A DNA stretch of 64,000 nucleotides from Rhina ancylostomus (GCA_030265395.1 JARFYF010000065.1:16022365-16086364), one strand, 5' to 3'. Positions 38,640 to 52,694 are shown, counted from the first letter of the stretch. Notes: a model not told the origin generated them from the sequence alone. A program made the numbers and translations.

Positions 38640-39430
38640 AGGACCAGTTCAAATTCGAGTCATAGGTCATGGAATTGTGAAATTTTCCATTTTGATATAA
38701 GGAAAAAGAAGCATGTTGTTATAACTGGGGAGAGGTTGCAGAGCTCTGAGGTGCAGAGAGATCTGTGTGTCCCAGTACATGATTTGTAAGTGGCTAGTGA
38801 GCAGGTACAGGAAATTAGGAAAGTCAATAGAATGTTAACATTTACTGATGGAACAATTGAAAACGTGGGGTGATTATGCTTCAGTTATACAGGGCATTAG
38901 TGAGACCACATTGTATTGTGGTCTGTGTATTGTGTACAATATTTGTCTCCTTATTTACAGGATTGGTCTCCTTAAGTAAGTTAATACTTTGGAAAGCAAG
39001 AGAAAGTTTACGACACTAGTAACTGGAATGAGTGAGCCGTCTAATGAGGAAAGACTGAACAGCCCGGGCTTGTAACCCAGATTAGAGGCATGACTGAAGC
39101 ATACATGATGCTGAGGATTCTCAACAAGGTGGATATGAAGAGGAAATTTCCACTAATAGGAGAATCCAGAATTAGGAGTCACTGTTTCAATGAGGGGTCA
39201 CCTATTTAAAAGAATGGAGAGGCAAGATTTTTATTTCTTTTGGGGTTGAGTGTTTGGATCTCCCTTCCTCAAAGGGCAGTGTGAGTAGAATCTTTGAATG
39301 CTTTTAAGGCAATAGTAGATTCTTCATAAGCCAGGTGGCAGCAGGTTTGAGGTTACTGTGGGGAAAGATGGGAACCCTGTGCAGGCTGAAGGGGCCAAGT
39401 GGCCTTCTCCTGCTCCTAATTCATACATTT
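38640..39430 (+). mobile_element. Decayed CR1 LINE 3' fragment
   Basis: CEIFHF, QRDLCVPVHD and QLYRALVRPH motifs, and tail ggctgaaggggccaagtggccttctcctgctcct. Confidence 0.7.
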
Positions 39431-40922
39431 GAACAAATGAGAGATGTAATTCAATCTGCATTTTAAGATAACGCATTCTCTACTTATTTTATGTATTTCT
39501 ACCAAGGATTCCAGTCTGTATGTGTGTAATAGAAGCTGAATGTTAGCATCCTGCTGATTTGAACCCCTTTGGTGGATTTTCAGTAATGTTCCCTTTTAAA
39601 GAGTGTTTTGGTACTTTGATAATCATTCAGTCTGTGGTCCTTTTCGAGAATCACTGAAAACAGCCACTTATCAGAATGAAATTTGTCCTTCAATAATACT
39701 CAAGATTGCAGTTTGCCATAGCAACAACAAAAGTGTTGTGGGAACTTGAGTCCTATTTAGCTTTTGAAATAGCTTTGTCTACACAGCTCCAAAAATTGTT
39801 AAGTAGAGTAGATATTTGTAAAGGAGGCACAGCATGGGTAATTGGTGTGTCATAAGTGTGTATTGGAAGACTTCATTTTGCCTTGCAACTGTAGGGTTGA
39901 TCTAGACACATGCCGTCAATGAGTGCCACATGGTAGAAAACTGTACATCCCAGATGGTAAACAGAAGGGCAATGTTAAGCCATTTCTCCAGTCTCCTCCC
40001 TCCTTTAATATAGCCCCTAAAACATTTTTTGTTCAGTTTTCTTTCTGGTCATCTGCACTGTTTCAGTTTGCGGAAGGTTCCAGAGGAATGCAAGTCAGCA
40101 TTGCTTTGGGACGGGGCATAAAAACAGAAAATACTGGAAACACTCAATAGGTCAGGCAGCACCTGTGGAAGGAGAAACAGTTAACTTTCAGGTTCAAGCT
40201 TCCATTGTACACATGGAGACAAGAATGTTTGCTACCACATAATGTTAAATCGTGGTCTGAAGTAAATCTGTTATTTATTCAAACATATATTAAGAGCAGG
40301 CAGCTTGAGCCTGCTCTGCCATTTAATCAGATCACAGCTGAAATAGGTTCAGAGGGTCTCAGACCTGAAACATTAACCCTGATTCTGTCTCCACAGATGC
40401 TGCCTGACCTGCTGAGTGTTTCCAGCATTTTCTGTTGTTATTTCAGATTTCTAGCTGTAGTGTTTTTTTGATTTTTCAGACTGGACTGTCTGACTTCAGA
40501 GATGGGCTGCTCTAAGCTACAAGTTTCCAGCCTTTTAGATTGAGTACTTTGCACTAAACCAGTCAAGTTCCTGAGTAATATTCCCCTCTAAGCTTCAGGG
40601 AGAAGGCCATTGACGGGTGCTAAGTTTTGTTTCAATGTTTTATTTAAGTGATAAATGCCTCTGTGCCTTGTCACAGTTGATATTTAAGGCAGGATATCCA
40701 TCACCAGTGAGGGGGCAGTGAATGAGGCTGACTGTGGCACATTTATCACCAACATTATGTTTCACTCCATCTAACACACTAGGCTAATGCTTTTTCTCTG
40801 CTCTCTTCCTGCATTTATCATCTCCACAATTTTTTTCCTCTCAATGTCCATTCCTTTTCCACTTTTTCATTCGTTCCTCCTAACTCTCATCACCCATTCC
40901 TCCCACCCCTCCACCCCCGTAA

Positions 40923-41030
<108 letters not shown>

Positions 41031-41866
41031 TAGATCTGTGTCAGTTCATTCATAGGCCTTTATTGGTGGGTGCCTGTGTGTTCATACTTGTCTGTCGAAT
41101 GCTTGGATATTTGTTATTTGAAGTTCATCCATTGACTTGCCTCCGCCACAGAGACATCCTGATTGCAGTGTGGACCATCTACAGACTGTAGCAAGGTGCT
41201 GTTTCACAGCAAATCTTCAAGGCTTCTTCAGCAACACTTCCCAAACCCATGGCCTCCATTACTTAGAAAGACAAGAGAAACAGATGCATAGCAATGCCAT
41301 TAACCCCAAGTTTGTCTTTGAGTTTCACACCATTCTGAGTTGGAGATGTGTTGCATGTCAGTCTGTTTGTGGTGACTTTAGTAGAAAGGATTATTGTCCA
41401 GAACACTATAAATGCTCTTGTCCTTCAAAGTGGAATAATTGAATATCCAAAGGGTATTTGGGACTTCCCGTATGAAAGGTACTTCCAACAGTGCAGCACT
41501 CCCTCAGTACTGCACAGGAGTGTCAGCCTTGTCCTTGGTTTGGAGCAGAGGGTAGTAAAGAGGAAGTCAGCCCTGAATTCTAAAAGATTTGATGTGGGTT
41601 TCTTTTTTTTAAATTGAATTTCAACTTGCCAAATTATTCAGCTAATGGAGCAGGATTTGGTTTGGAATTATTTAAAACAAGTTTCTGACTGGATCACAGA
41701 TATCTGAAATGTTTTGGAGTGTCCTCCTTAAGTATATATAAAACGCAGACAGCCTCTGCTCCACACATGATCTTGCTATAGTTGTGCTTCCACTGATGCT
41801 ATCCCTTCATTCGTTGCATGAATGATCCACCTGAGTGTGTGACTTAGTCTGGTTTTCCTCTGGCAG

Positions 41867-41958
41867 ATGAACCTGGTCTTCCTCATGATCACGCTGCACA
41901 AGATGGTCCGGAGCAACAGTTCACTGAAACCAGACTCCAGCCGGCTGGAGAACATCAA
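41867..41958 (+). CDS. ADGRL1: Latrophilin-1 exon: end of TM5 and ICL3
   Basis: ttttcctctggcag| ... AA|gtaagt; encodes [30 protein letters not shown] plus 2 nt (phase 2). Confidence 0.96.
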
Positions 41959-44202
41959 GTAAGTGACCTGACAGTAAGGTGGCTGGGGTCTGGAAGGGAA
42001 GATGGGATTGGCAGGTGGAAGGAAACCAGAACGGGTGGGAGAAGGAGAGACGGTGAGGAAGAATGGAGGAGTAGTGGGGGAGAGAATACAGAAAGAGGAC
42101 ACGATGTGGATAGAGGGGTGGAGCATGCAATCATCGAGGGGAAGAGCTTGTCGTTGATTGTGGGCAGCTCGGGAGGATGGCAGGAGGAAGCAGGATGTCA
42201 TTGGCTACTTCACAGCATGATCAGGTCTGGGAATTTTATTCAATCCCAGATTATGGGGAGAAGGCATGGGTTCCATTGGCTGGGTGAATGAAGCAGCGTG
42301 GAGAGAGATTTCATTGGTTGCTGATTGGGGAGATGCACAACAGCATAAGTCTGTTAAATATTGGATTGCAAAGGGCATTTCTAGGATTTACTGCAGGAGG
42401 AGATAAAACCTTATTAATGAAGCATGAACCAACAACTGAACCCCTGAAAAGAGACCAAACAGCTCACATTNNNNNNNNNNNNNNNNNNNNNNNNNNNNNN
42501 NNNNNNNNNNNNNNNNNNNNNNNNNNNNNNNNNNNNNNNNNNNNNNNNNNNNNNNNNNNNNNNNNNNNNNACTGCAGGAGGAGATAAAACCTTAGTAATG
42601 CAGCATGAACCAACAACTGAACCCCAGAACAGAGACCAAACAGCTCACATTTCACAGGAACAATGAACTCAGCCAGTACTGAGTATTGCTACAGGGCCGA
42701 TATTTCTCCCACCCAGCTTGTCACAGGCCCACCCGTCTTCAGACTTTTTTTTACCAGGAAGTCAAACTAGGGGACAAGGGGTCCACAGACCATAATCACC
42801 TGTCCTGATATCCAAGTCTTTCCGTCCCTAAAGTGGAGGGCAGCTGATTGGGCATAGGACCAGTGGGAGGTGGATTGTCAGCAAAGTTGAGCCATCCTTG
42901 CCAACTGTGTCAGTAGGGATGTGAATGGACTTGGGAGATCTACACAAGGCAGAGCCAACAGTTGCTGAAGGTGCCACCCTGCAGACTCCACCACATTTGC
43001 ATTTGGAAATTGGCTGCTGTCTGCTTAGCTATAGGATCAGGGCTATTCCAATGTTCTTGGTTCCGTTTGCTTCTTTAAATTGGGCTTCTCTTAGCCTTCC
43101 AGTTCGTCAGTGACAAAGGTCATTGTGACCTCCCAGACTCTCTCAAGTTTTTATTTTCTGAAATACCACCAGTGACTCGCTGTATTGCATTTCTTCTCTT
43201 GCATTGGTCTTGTCCATTGTTCTCTTCTGCATGTTTGCAGTGCAGAATTGATGCTGCTGACATCTGCCAACCACGCTTGCCAATTCCATCAAAGCAGCCA
43301 ATGGCTATCCTGGGAATGGAAAGAAAATCCATTCAGATGGACAGACCTCCACCCTGAGCCAGCTGGCAGCTGACCAAGGATCTCCTGTCTCCACCTTGTA
43401 CCTCTACTTGGATGTCATTGAAGCCTAGCTCTGACATCTCTGCTTCTCAAGTCAGGGAACTCCTGCTGTAGACTACAGGAACCTTGCCCACAGTCAGGCT
43501 CTCGCCCATGGTAGTCCTGTTGCCTGGCTGTGAAAAACACCCTCATTTTTTATGTTGGCATGTAGCTCAGCAGTTAGGTATGATCCAGTGACATACCAGG
43601 TAAAAGAGGCCCCGGTATTGTCAGTTGTTGCCTCTTCCAGCCAGACTTCAGGACCGACAGAAGTCATGTTCTTTGCTGCTTAGGTCATCACAGTTAGAGC
43701 ATAGAATAGTACAGCACAGGAGCAGGCCCTTCAGCCCACTATGTCTGCACCGAGCATGATGCCAAATTAAACTAAATCCCTTCTGCCTGTACGTGATCCG
43801 TATTCCTCCATTCCCTGCATATTCAGTTGTGCAGGATATGCTGGATGAACCAGTGCATCAAACAGAAGGAAGGATATTAACTCTATGAAAGCTCAGGTCT
43901 TGTTGAAACATAGCGTCATGGATGTTGAGTTATAATTGTCGAATGGACAATGCACTACTCTTATGGGGCTACCAATTCAAGGAGACAGATGCCTGTGGTG
44001 CCAGATACCAGGCATACCCCAGACCCCTGAAGGCAAGGGTACAACGTGTATTTGGGAAGTGTACAGGAGACAGATCTCTGCCTCTCCATTTGGTTCAGTC
44101 GCAGGAGGGTGTATGTGCTATTTTAGTGTGGAATAAACAGACCTACAGAGCATATCTGGGGGCTAGAATTTCTTCTCGCGATGCAGTAGTGAATAGGGAC
44201 TG

Positions 44203-44460
44203 GGGCAAAAGAGGGGCCCGGTTAGTAGAGTCACTGCCTCACTGCTCCAGCAGACTGGGTTCAGTCCTAGTCTTGGACGTCTTCTGTGTGGAGTTTGCAT
44301 GATCTCTGTGTGACTGCATGAGTTTCCTCTGGGTGCACTGGTTTCCTCCCACATACGAAAGACTTGTGGCTTTCCAGATTAATTGGCAGCTCTAGGTGAG
44401 TGGTAGAATGTGGGAGGCATTGATGGGAATATGGGGAAAATTAAAATGGGATTGGTGTAA
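44203..44460 (+). mobile_element. V-SINE (HE1-like)
   Basis: tgtgtggagtttgcatgatctctgtgtgactgcatgagtttcctctgggtgcactggtttcctcccaca V-domain. Confidence 0.75.
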
Positions 44461-44759
44461 GGACCACTAAAAGCACTGGAGGAACTCAGTGGGTCAGGCA
44501 NNNNNNNNNNNNNNNNNNNNNNNNNNNNNNNNNNNNNNNNNNNNNNNNNNNNNNNNNNNNNNNNNNNNNNNNNNNNNNNNNNNNNNNNNNNNNNNNNNNN
44601 GGGAAAATTAAAATGGGATTGGTGTAAGGGCCACTAAAAGCACTGGAGGACCTCAGTGGGTCAGGCAGCATCTATGGAGGGAAATGAACAGTAGATGTTT
44701 CAGGCTGAGACCTCCATTCTGGTATAGCTGCAACACAGGGCTCCTTCATTAATAAGCAG

Positions 44760-46380
44760 GATGCAATAAGTTGATCCCATAACCAATAGACCAGAGTGGT
44801 ACTCTGCCGTGCCATCATGTCCACTCATAAAAGATAATGAACAGTTAAGGAGCTAACAAGAAGGGGAGGCTCCAGGAGCATGCCCATCCTCGTCAATGAT
44901 GGAGCCCAGGAAATGAGGGTGAAAATGAAGTCTGAGATTACCTGATGCAACTATCATTACTTGATGCAAAGTAGTTGATTCTTTTTGGCTCCTTCCTTAT
45001 AATCCCACCGTCACAGAAACCATTCTTCATCCAATAGGATGCCAAGAAATGACCGAGAACACTGGCTAGAGCAGAGATTACGGAACCAGACGAGCACAGT
45101 TGTAGTGCTGGAGACTCGGGCTCCCAAATCTGCTGTCCCAATACAGTTATATAACACTGGCATCTACCTGAGGTTATAGGGCATTGTCCTGTTTGCTCTT
45201 TGCACAAAAAATACGACAAATCAATAATCACCTCCCTCTGTGTTTACCCTGACCTCAGTAAACTGAAGGAAAGTGCTGTTGACTGTGTATTAAGTATCAC
45301 TAACTCACCATAGCCATTCACTGGTGAAGATTTACACTTCATCTCAAATGTGGACAAAAGAACCAAACTCAGGAGTGAGAGTGACTGCCTTTGACACTAA
45401 GGCAGCATTGAACTGATTGTGGTATCAAAGAGGACAGATCTGAAGTCAGTGGCATCAAGGGGACAGCACTTCTGGTTGGAATCTTATCTCAGAGGAATGA
45501 ACATGGTTGTGGAGGAGATTGGTCATGTCATCCCCAAGGCATTGCTATGGGAGCTCCTTAAGCAGTTTCTTTGGTCCAACCAGCTGCTTCACCAATGACT
45601 GTCTTTCCATTTAAAAGGTCAAAGGTAGGGATGGTCACAGATGATTGCACAATACTCAACTGTGCTGGTATGTACCAAGACAATATCCCGGCTCATAAAT
45701 ATTGTGACATTCTCACCACACTAATGCAAGGCAATGACCATCTCCAACAAGGTAGAGCCAAACACTGACCCTTGACATTCAATGGCATCCACTAAGTTCA
45801 CCATTAGTAACCTCCTAGGAGTCTCATAACTATAAAGCAACCCACACAAGTGCCATGGCTCAATGAGCAGGTCAGAGGCGAGGTGCCTTGCTTCCTGACT
45901 CTTCAAAGCCTCTCTGCTATTTAAGTCAGTTGTGTGATGACATGCTCTCCACATACCGTGGCTGAGTGTAACCCCAATTACTCTCAGTTAAATCTAGAAT
46001 GGCACAGCTCACTTGATTGGCACCCAATATACCACCATCTCCCTCCACCACTGATGTATCGCAGCTGCAGTGTGTCCCGTCTACAAAATGTACTGCAGTT
46101 ACTCGCCCTGCACCTTCAAATCCGACAGCTTCTACCACCAAGGAAGACAAACAACAGGCACAAGGAAAGGCCACCATCTGCAGGCTCCCTATCCAGCTGC
46201 ACATCTCCCTGACTTGGAAATATGTCACTGGTCCTTCGTTGTCACTGGGTCTAAATCCTGGAACTCTGAACCAAGCAGTGCTGTTGGAATACCTTCACTG
46301 GAATGACTGCAGAGGTTTAAGATGGTGGATCACTGCCATCTTTTTGAGGGCCATTAAGGAAAAGCCCATATCGTATAAAT
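44760..46380 (+). mobile_element. Decayed non-LTR retrotransposon (CR1/L2-group) RT and 3' UTR
   Basis: TAFDTKAALN*LWYQ and WLESYL in broken frames, plus TDDCTI. Its 3' region recurs as short copies near 5560-5670, 41130-41440, 50550-51260 (-) and 61480-61800 (-). Confidence 0.65.
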
Positions 46381-47163
46381 AAATAGTGAAAGAATAGTTA
46401 CTTAAGAATAATATTTTGAAACAGTTTGTGCAGGAAGACACTAGAGGGCAGCCCTTGCTAGATTTTTGTAATAAATAATGAGCTGGATTTAGTGAGCAGC
46501 CTTGTGTTCAGTGGTTGAATGTTTGTCTAATTGTGATCAAAATATGAATGTGTTCAATGTGTTAACGAATGCAGAACACCTATTAAGAGTCGAGGTTTAG
46601 CTTGAGCTGACTTCAACAGAGTGAAGGCTGTGAGGTAAAGCGGGCAAATCTGCCAGTAGGCAAACATGCCAATGGATTGAGGAGGTGCTCAAAAACAATA
46701 TTCAACACACCTACTTGCTAGAAAAGGCACAGGTGATTGCAGAGGTAAGGAAGAACACAAACTACAAGAAAATGTGTACTAAAAGGCACAAACGTGCAAA
46801 ATAAATCTCCATGGGGAGAAATATAAATGAAAAATATTTAATAACAGTAAGAAGGGAGAGGAGAGAAAACTTGCAAAGGATATCAAAAATATTTCACAGC
46901 TATATCCAGGAAAAAGCAGAGTATGGGTAGTGTAGGCCCCTTGAAAACTGATGATGAATGAAAATGCAAAAACAATGAATATTTATTGTTTTATCCATGA
47001 ATACAGATGTAGAGCTGTCATGCTGGACAACCTGAGAAAATAATTCTGACTCAAGATGGAGACCAGCCTTGTGCCAATGTAGGTGCACCTTGCACCTGAA
47101 CTCAATATTTGGGCTGCAGACTCTATTAAATGTATATCAGGCCTTTGCATGTACCCATTGGAG

Positions 47164-47257
47164 CCTTAAAGGTCATATAATCCTCTGTTGACATGATCCT
47201 AAGGTTGGTTCTGCAGCCTTAGGATCATATCAGCAGAGGATTATATGACCTTAAAGG
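47164..47257. repeat. Near-perfect inverted repeat (44-bp arms, 6-nt loop)
   Basis: ccttaaaggtcatataatcctctgttgacatgatcctaaggttg gttctg cagccttaggatcatatcagcagaggattatatgaccttaaagg: 40 Watson-Crick pairs, 2 G-U pairs and 2 mismatches by manual alignment. Confidence 0.92.
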
Positions 47258-48589
47258 TATCTCCAATCTTGGACTTTGAACAGTGAGGTAGATCATGCCT
47301 CATGCCTGAAGAAACTGAGCTGGCTGCAGTGACTGATGTCACCAGTAGATGGTAGCACCAACTGTACAACTGGCAGACTGACTCCATTCCCCAAACCTTT
47401 CCCCTCTCCGCTGTACATCTGACAACACTTCCTCATTGACCTCTCCCTGTTTAGTTCTGTGCATGTTCAACAACCCTGAATTCAGAATATCTAATCTATA
47501 GAGCTCTTCACCTGCCCCCAGTCCTCTCTTCTGCAGCAAGCAGCCAGGAGCAGTCTTGAATCAGGACAGAATTGGCCTGATTTTTCCATAGACTAGGTGA
47601 GAGCCACTTCCCCGTCCCACCCCATTGTCAGTCACGATTCGGTTGCATCTGTGTGACAGCTCATTGTTGATTCAAGCCCTGCCTCAGAGATTTTGGCACA
47701 TAACCAAGGCTGACACTGCTGGTCACCCCTCCCTTATGCTGAGCAGGTGCCCGTTGTGTTAAAGAGCAGGGAACTTATCTGGCCAGACTTTATCCTCAAC
47801 TAATGCAATTTCAAGCAGTTCTTCTTGCTGTCATTGTGTTGCAGTTTGTGGGAGCTTTCTGTGCACTGTGTCACTTTCATTTACTTCATTTACAGCAGTG
47901 ACTGCTATTTTAAACTAGTTCAAATGCTTCAGAAATCCTCCTACATTCATGTTTGGGCCTGAGGGAGCTTGCACTCTATTCTTGCCTGGTTTATACCCTC
48001 CACTATTTCCCCTATCATCTACTCGGTCTTCTTCCCCACTTCTGACCCTCCCACTGTCGTCTGCCCCTTCCTCTCCCATCACCCTCACCCCACCCTTTCA
48101 CAGACCCCTCACCACTACTCTCTCCACACCATCACCCTCCCCTTCTCTCTCTTTACCGTCCCCTCATGTTTCCTTCACCCTCGGCCTCTCTTTGCCCTTC
48201 CCTCTGCCCTCCCACTCTCCCCCTCTTGCACCTGCTCCTCTCCTGGCCTTGTTCCTGTCTCCTCTGCCCTCCATCCATGGGCCCAGGCTTTAAGGTGGCC
48301 TGTGTGATGGTCACTGAGTTTCATAGCAGAGGCAGAGGGCGTTAATTACATCCACCGGAGAGATTGCTGCAAACCCACAATAAAACACTTCAGGGAAGCC
48401 TTGCATGACTACCACCTATGCAGCCTCTATTCATTTTGTTTTGAACTTTAGCCAGAATTGGCAAAGAGCTGATTCCTCGCCCCTGGTACTGGTTAGTGAA
48501 ATGGCCTGAACTGATCTCTTTGAATTCCAAAGGGGAAACTTTCTAGTTTCGGGTAACTGATATCCATCCACCCCCCCCCCCCCCACCCC

Positions 48590-48800
48590 CAGATTCTACC
48601 ACTTGCCCTCACTCTAGGGGCAGTTTACAGCAGCCAATTAACGTACCAACTTGCACATCTTTGGGATGTGGGAAGAAACCGGAGCCCCTGGGAGAAACCC
48701 ATATGGTCCCAATCTCCACACAGACAGCATCTAAGGTCAGGATTGGACCTGGGTTGCTGGATCTGTGAGACAGCGGCTCTGCCAGCTAGGCCACTGTACT
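48590..48800 (-). mobile_element. V-SINE (reverse)
   Basis: gccaattaac...tctttgggatgtgggaagaaaccggagcccctgggagaaaccca...ctccacacagaca is the reverse complement of the V-domain and tRNA-like head. Confidence 0.78.
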
Positions 48801-49328
48801 GCTCTTGAGGTGGTGAAAATTAATTCCTTAAATGATTTTAAACGAGAGTTGGGCAGTTCCTCGTAGTGTGGAGCCTTCAGGTGTACAGACAAAACACTGG
48901 GCTGTGAGACTAAGTGCAACTGTTCTTCCAAAGAGACAACAATGAGTGATAATCTCTTGGTGTGAGCTTCTGTCCTTCTGTGACTGGAGAAGTAATGTNN
49001 NNNNNNNNNNNNNNNNNNNNNNNNNNNNNNNNNNNNNNNNNNNNNNNNNNNGATGGATTGCCAGGGGATTGATAGACTGGGTGCTGAGAGCATGTTTCCC
49101 CCTAGTGAGACTGTCTAGAATTGGGGTCATGGTTTCAGAATAAGGGGTCACCCACTTCAGATGGAGATGAAGAGGTATTTCCTCGCTTAGGAGGGTCAAG
49201 ATTCTTTGGAATTCTCTATGAGAATTGGAGGCAGATGGAGACTGACAGAAATGTAGATAACAAGGAAATCAAGGGATGTGGGGAGCAGAAAAGTGGCGTG
49301 GAGGCCAAGATTAGATCAGCCATGATCT

Positions 49329-49618
49329 TATAGCCAAGATATCTTTACATGTGCATCGAAACACATTGAAATGCATCTTTTGCGTCGAGTATTCCGGGGG
49401 CAGCTCTCCAGTGTCGCCACACTTTTGGTGCCGACATAGCATGCCCACAACTTCCTAACCTGAACATCTTTTGGAATGTGGGAAAAAACCCATAGAGATA
49501 TGGAGAGAATGTACAAACTCCTTACAGACAGTGGCCAGAATTGAACCCGGGTCACTGGCGCTGTAATAGCGTTACACTAACTGCTATACTGCCGTGCCTG
49601 CCCGAATACACTACCGTA
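49329..49618 (-). mobile_element. tRNA-derived SINE nested in a CR1 3' tail
   Basis: ggccagaattgaacccgggtcactggcgctgtaatagcgttacactaac is a reverse tRNA-like head. The CR1 tail (agatcagccatgatctta ... aatgaatg...ggcctactcc) flanks it on both sides. Confidence 0.68.
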
Positions 49619-51835
49619 CATTAATGAATGTAGGAGGAGGCTCAGTGGGCAAAGTGGCCTACTCCTATTTCAAATGTTCTTCTGTGTTGCTGCTCTTAAG
49701 AGCAAGCCTTAAGAAGCACCACTATGGAAAATATTGAAGGCTTGAAAGGAATCAGCCCTCCCACCTCAAGTTACTGGCTACCGGAAGAGATTCCCCTCAG
49801 GAACACACCCACTAAAGCCTCTGCTCTCTTTGACTGAAGTAATCCACAATATTGTGGACATCAGAATCAGGTTTATTATTACTGACATACCTTGTGAAAT
49901 TCATTGTTTTGTGACAGCAGTACAGNNNNNNNNNNNNNNCTTAGGATAAATTACAAAAATAAATAGTCCACCTGGCTCCTGGAGCAGCCTCACCCAGCCT
50001 TAAAGCATTCTGCTGAACCTCTGGGCTGCTTTCACCCCACCAGTCTCGTCCCTCCCTCTATCAGGAGCCATCTCCAGCCCCATTGGTGTCTGACATTTCA
50101 GCAATTCCAACTCCGGCCTTTTTTTAATCATTGATATTCATCAACCCTATATGGATGATGTCCTCCATTGCTGATCTCCATCTTCCCCCTCCCCTGCGGA
50201 CAAGAGAAAAAGATTTTAAAAGTTATAACTTTAAATCTCGTTTAAAGTTTTGCGCAACCCATATCTGCAAATTTAGGAAAATCACAAAATAATAACTTAT
50301 TGCTGGGGATATTTTAATTTTTTTGATTTTTAAAAAAAAAATTTTATTTTGTTTTTGGGATGTGGGTGTTACTAAGAGGTAAATACACAAAGGTGCTGGA
50401 GGAACTCAGCAGGTCAGGCAGCATCTATGCAGGGAGACGGACATTTTTGGGTCAAGACCCTTCATCTGTACTGGAAAGATAGAATGGCGATAGCTAGTAT
50501 AAGATATCTGCTGGCCCTCTCTTTCTCACATGGTGACCATTACTGAGAAGTGTCAGGCTTTATTGCCCATCCATACTTAGCTTGAAGGTGGTACTGAGAA
50601 CCCTTTTCAGATTACCTCAAACCTTGTGGTGAATACCTGTGCTAATGACTAGGGAGTTCATCGATTTGCACCCAGTGGTGGTAAAGGAGCAGTGGGTCAG
50701 GATGGTGTTTGTCTTAGAAGGGATCTTGCAGGTGATGGTGTTTCCGTCTGTCTGCTGACCTTAACCTTGTAGGCGTGAGAAGGATGAGAGCAGTGGACAG
50801 ATGATTTTATGTAAGGGTGGAGAATCTCTGGAATTCTCTACCCTAGAGAGTTGTGGAGGTGAGCTCAGTAGAAGTACTTAAAGCGGAGGTTGATATATTT
50901 TTGGAGGAACGGGATAGAGGGCTATGAGGAACGGGCACAGAGGAGATGAGGCCTAAAGCAGAGCAGACTTGAGGGGCTGAGTGGCCCATTCCTGCTCCTG
51001 TTCCCTTGGGTACACTCTGCAGCCATGATGAAGAGGTGGTGGATGGAGCGCCAGGCAGGAAGACTGCTGTGTCCTGGACGGTATTGAGCATCTGGAATGC
51101 TGTTGGAGCTGTGCTCATTCAGTCAAGTGGATGGCATTCCGACACACCCCTGACTTGTCCAGCTTCAATAGTGGAAAGGCTCTGGGGAATCGAGAGGTGA
51201 ATTACTCATCATAGATCACCCAGCCTCTGACTTTTGTAGCCACAGTATTGATAGTAGTGCAGTTGAACACCAAATAAATATCCAAGATAGTTGCTTGGGG
51301 TAAAACAAACAACATTAAAGGGCGGAGAACAAACTGAAGAGTGGGTTATGCTGAGGGCCTCGGAGAACAGTGAAAGCAGAGGTTGGTTGTTTATTCCTGT
51401 GCTGTGCGTGGTATGATTCCACATATGATTGGCTTTAATCTCTTTAGCCTGTTCAGAGGTGTATCACATATGTAATGTCAGTCCACTCTGTCTGTCTTTG
51501 CTGTCAGATTTTGGAACTGCAAGTAGCTTTTCCTCTTAGATTGTGCTGATGAGTTACAGCGAAGTAGCTAATATTGGAATTGGTTTATTATTGTCACATG
51601 TACTGAGATACAGTGAGAAACTTGTCTTGCGTACAGTTCATACAGATCAATTCATTACACAGTGCATCAAGGTAGTACAAGGTAAAACAATACAGAATGC
51701 ATTATAAAGTGTAATAGCCACAGAGAAAGTGCAGTGCAGGTAGGCAATAAGGTGCAAGGTCATAACGAGGTAGACTGTGAGGTCGAGTCCATCGTATCAT
51801 ACTAGGGAACCATTCAATAGTCTAATAGTTTAATA

Positions 51836-52135
51836 GATTGGCTGCCCCACAGCTCCAAAGACCCGGATTCAATCCTGACCTCCTGCGCTATCTGTATAGC
51901 GTTTGCACATTCTCCGTTAACCTCTGGATGCTCCGGTTTCTTCCCATGTCCCAAAGATGTGAGGGTTGCTAGGTTAATTGGCCGCTGTAAATTGCCCCTA
52001 GTGTGTAGAATCTGGGAGGAGTCAATGGGAATGTGGGGAAAATTAAGTGAGTTATGGTAGGATTAGTGTAAAACTTTGATACTTGTGGGCTGAAAGGCCT
52101 GTTTCCATGCTGTACCTCTTTATGACCCTTTGACT
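51836..52135 (+). mobile_element. V-SINE (HE1-like) adjacent to a Rex1-type tail (51571-51830, minus)
   Basis: gacccggattcaatcctgacc...gctccggtttcttcccatgtcccaaagatgtgagggttgctaggttaattggcc...ggcctgtttccatgctgta. Confidence 0.75.
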
Positions 52136-52694
52136 AATTCCCCTCCAATGGGTTCAGGGGTGTTAGAGCATTGATCTCCATGGTGTGTGAGTAAGTGAGT
52201 TTGTACACAGCCGGCCTTGATGTCTTCCCTCGAATGCAATGTCTGAATTGGGCACTTCATTCCACGTCAGGCCAGATGGTGCACTACAGCTACCTGCTTG
52301 CTGTAGCACTGCCTGTGCTTATATACCCAAGGGTCCCTTAGCTTGACATTAACAGCCTTATTGGTGACCTGCCACTTTGAAAGGTTTGTGTCTGGAGCCT
52401 CAGTACTGTGGTTCCACATCCTTTCAAAGTTGTATCATTTGGATTGTGAGAGTAGCTTGAAATGGAAAGGCCAGTGTTTGAGAAAAGGAAACCAGTCGTA
52501 ACACCAGCCAGTATTGGAGGAAGCAGCGAATCTGAGTGTTCAGAGAACATGAGGATGACAGAAGATATGTTTTTTTGGAAGAGGTGACATAAACCTGTTG
52601 GTTGGTGAGATGGGGAGAGTTGAAATTGGGTCTTATTTTTCTAGTGAGCCTTCACAATTTATGCAAACAAGCCGGCATCAAAAATGTTTGAACA

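Noticed and set aside
49530-49600. tRNA-like sequence on the minus strand (similar heads at 22818 and 51845)
   Set aside because: These are SINE heads continuing into SINE bodies; no complete cloverleaf is evident.
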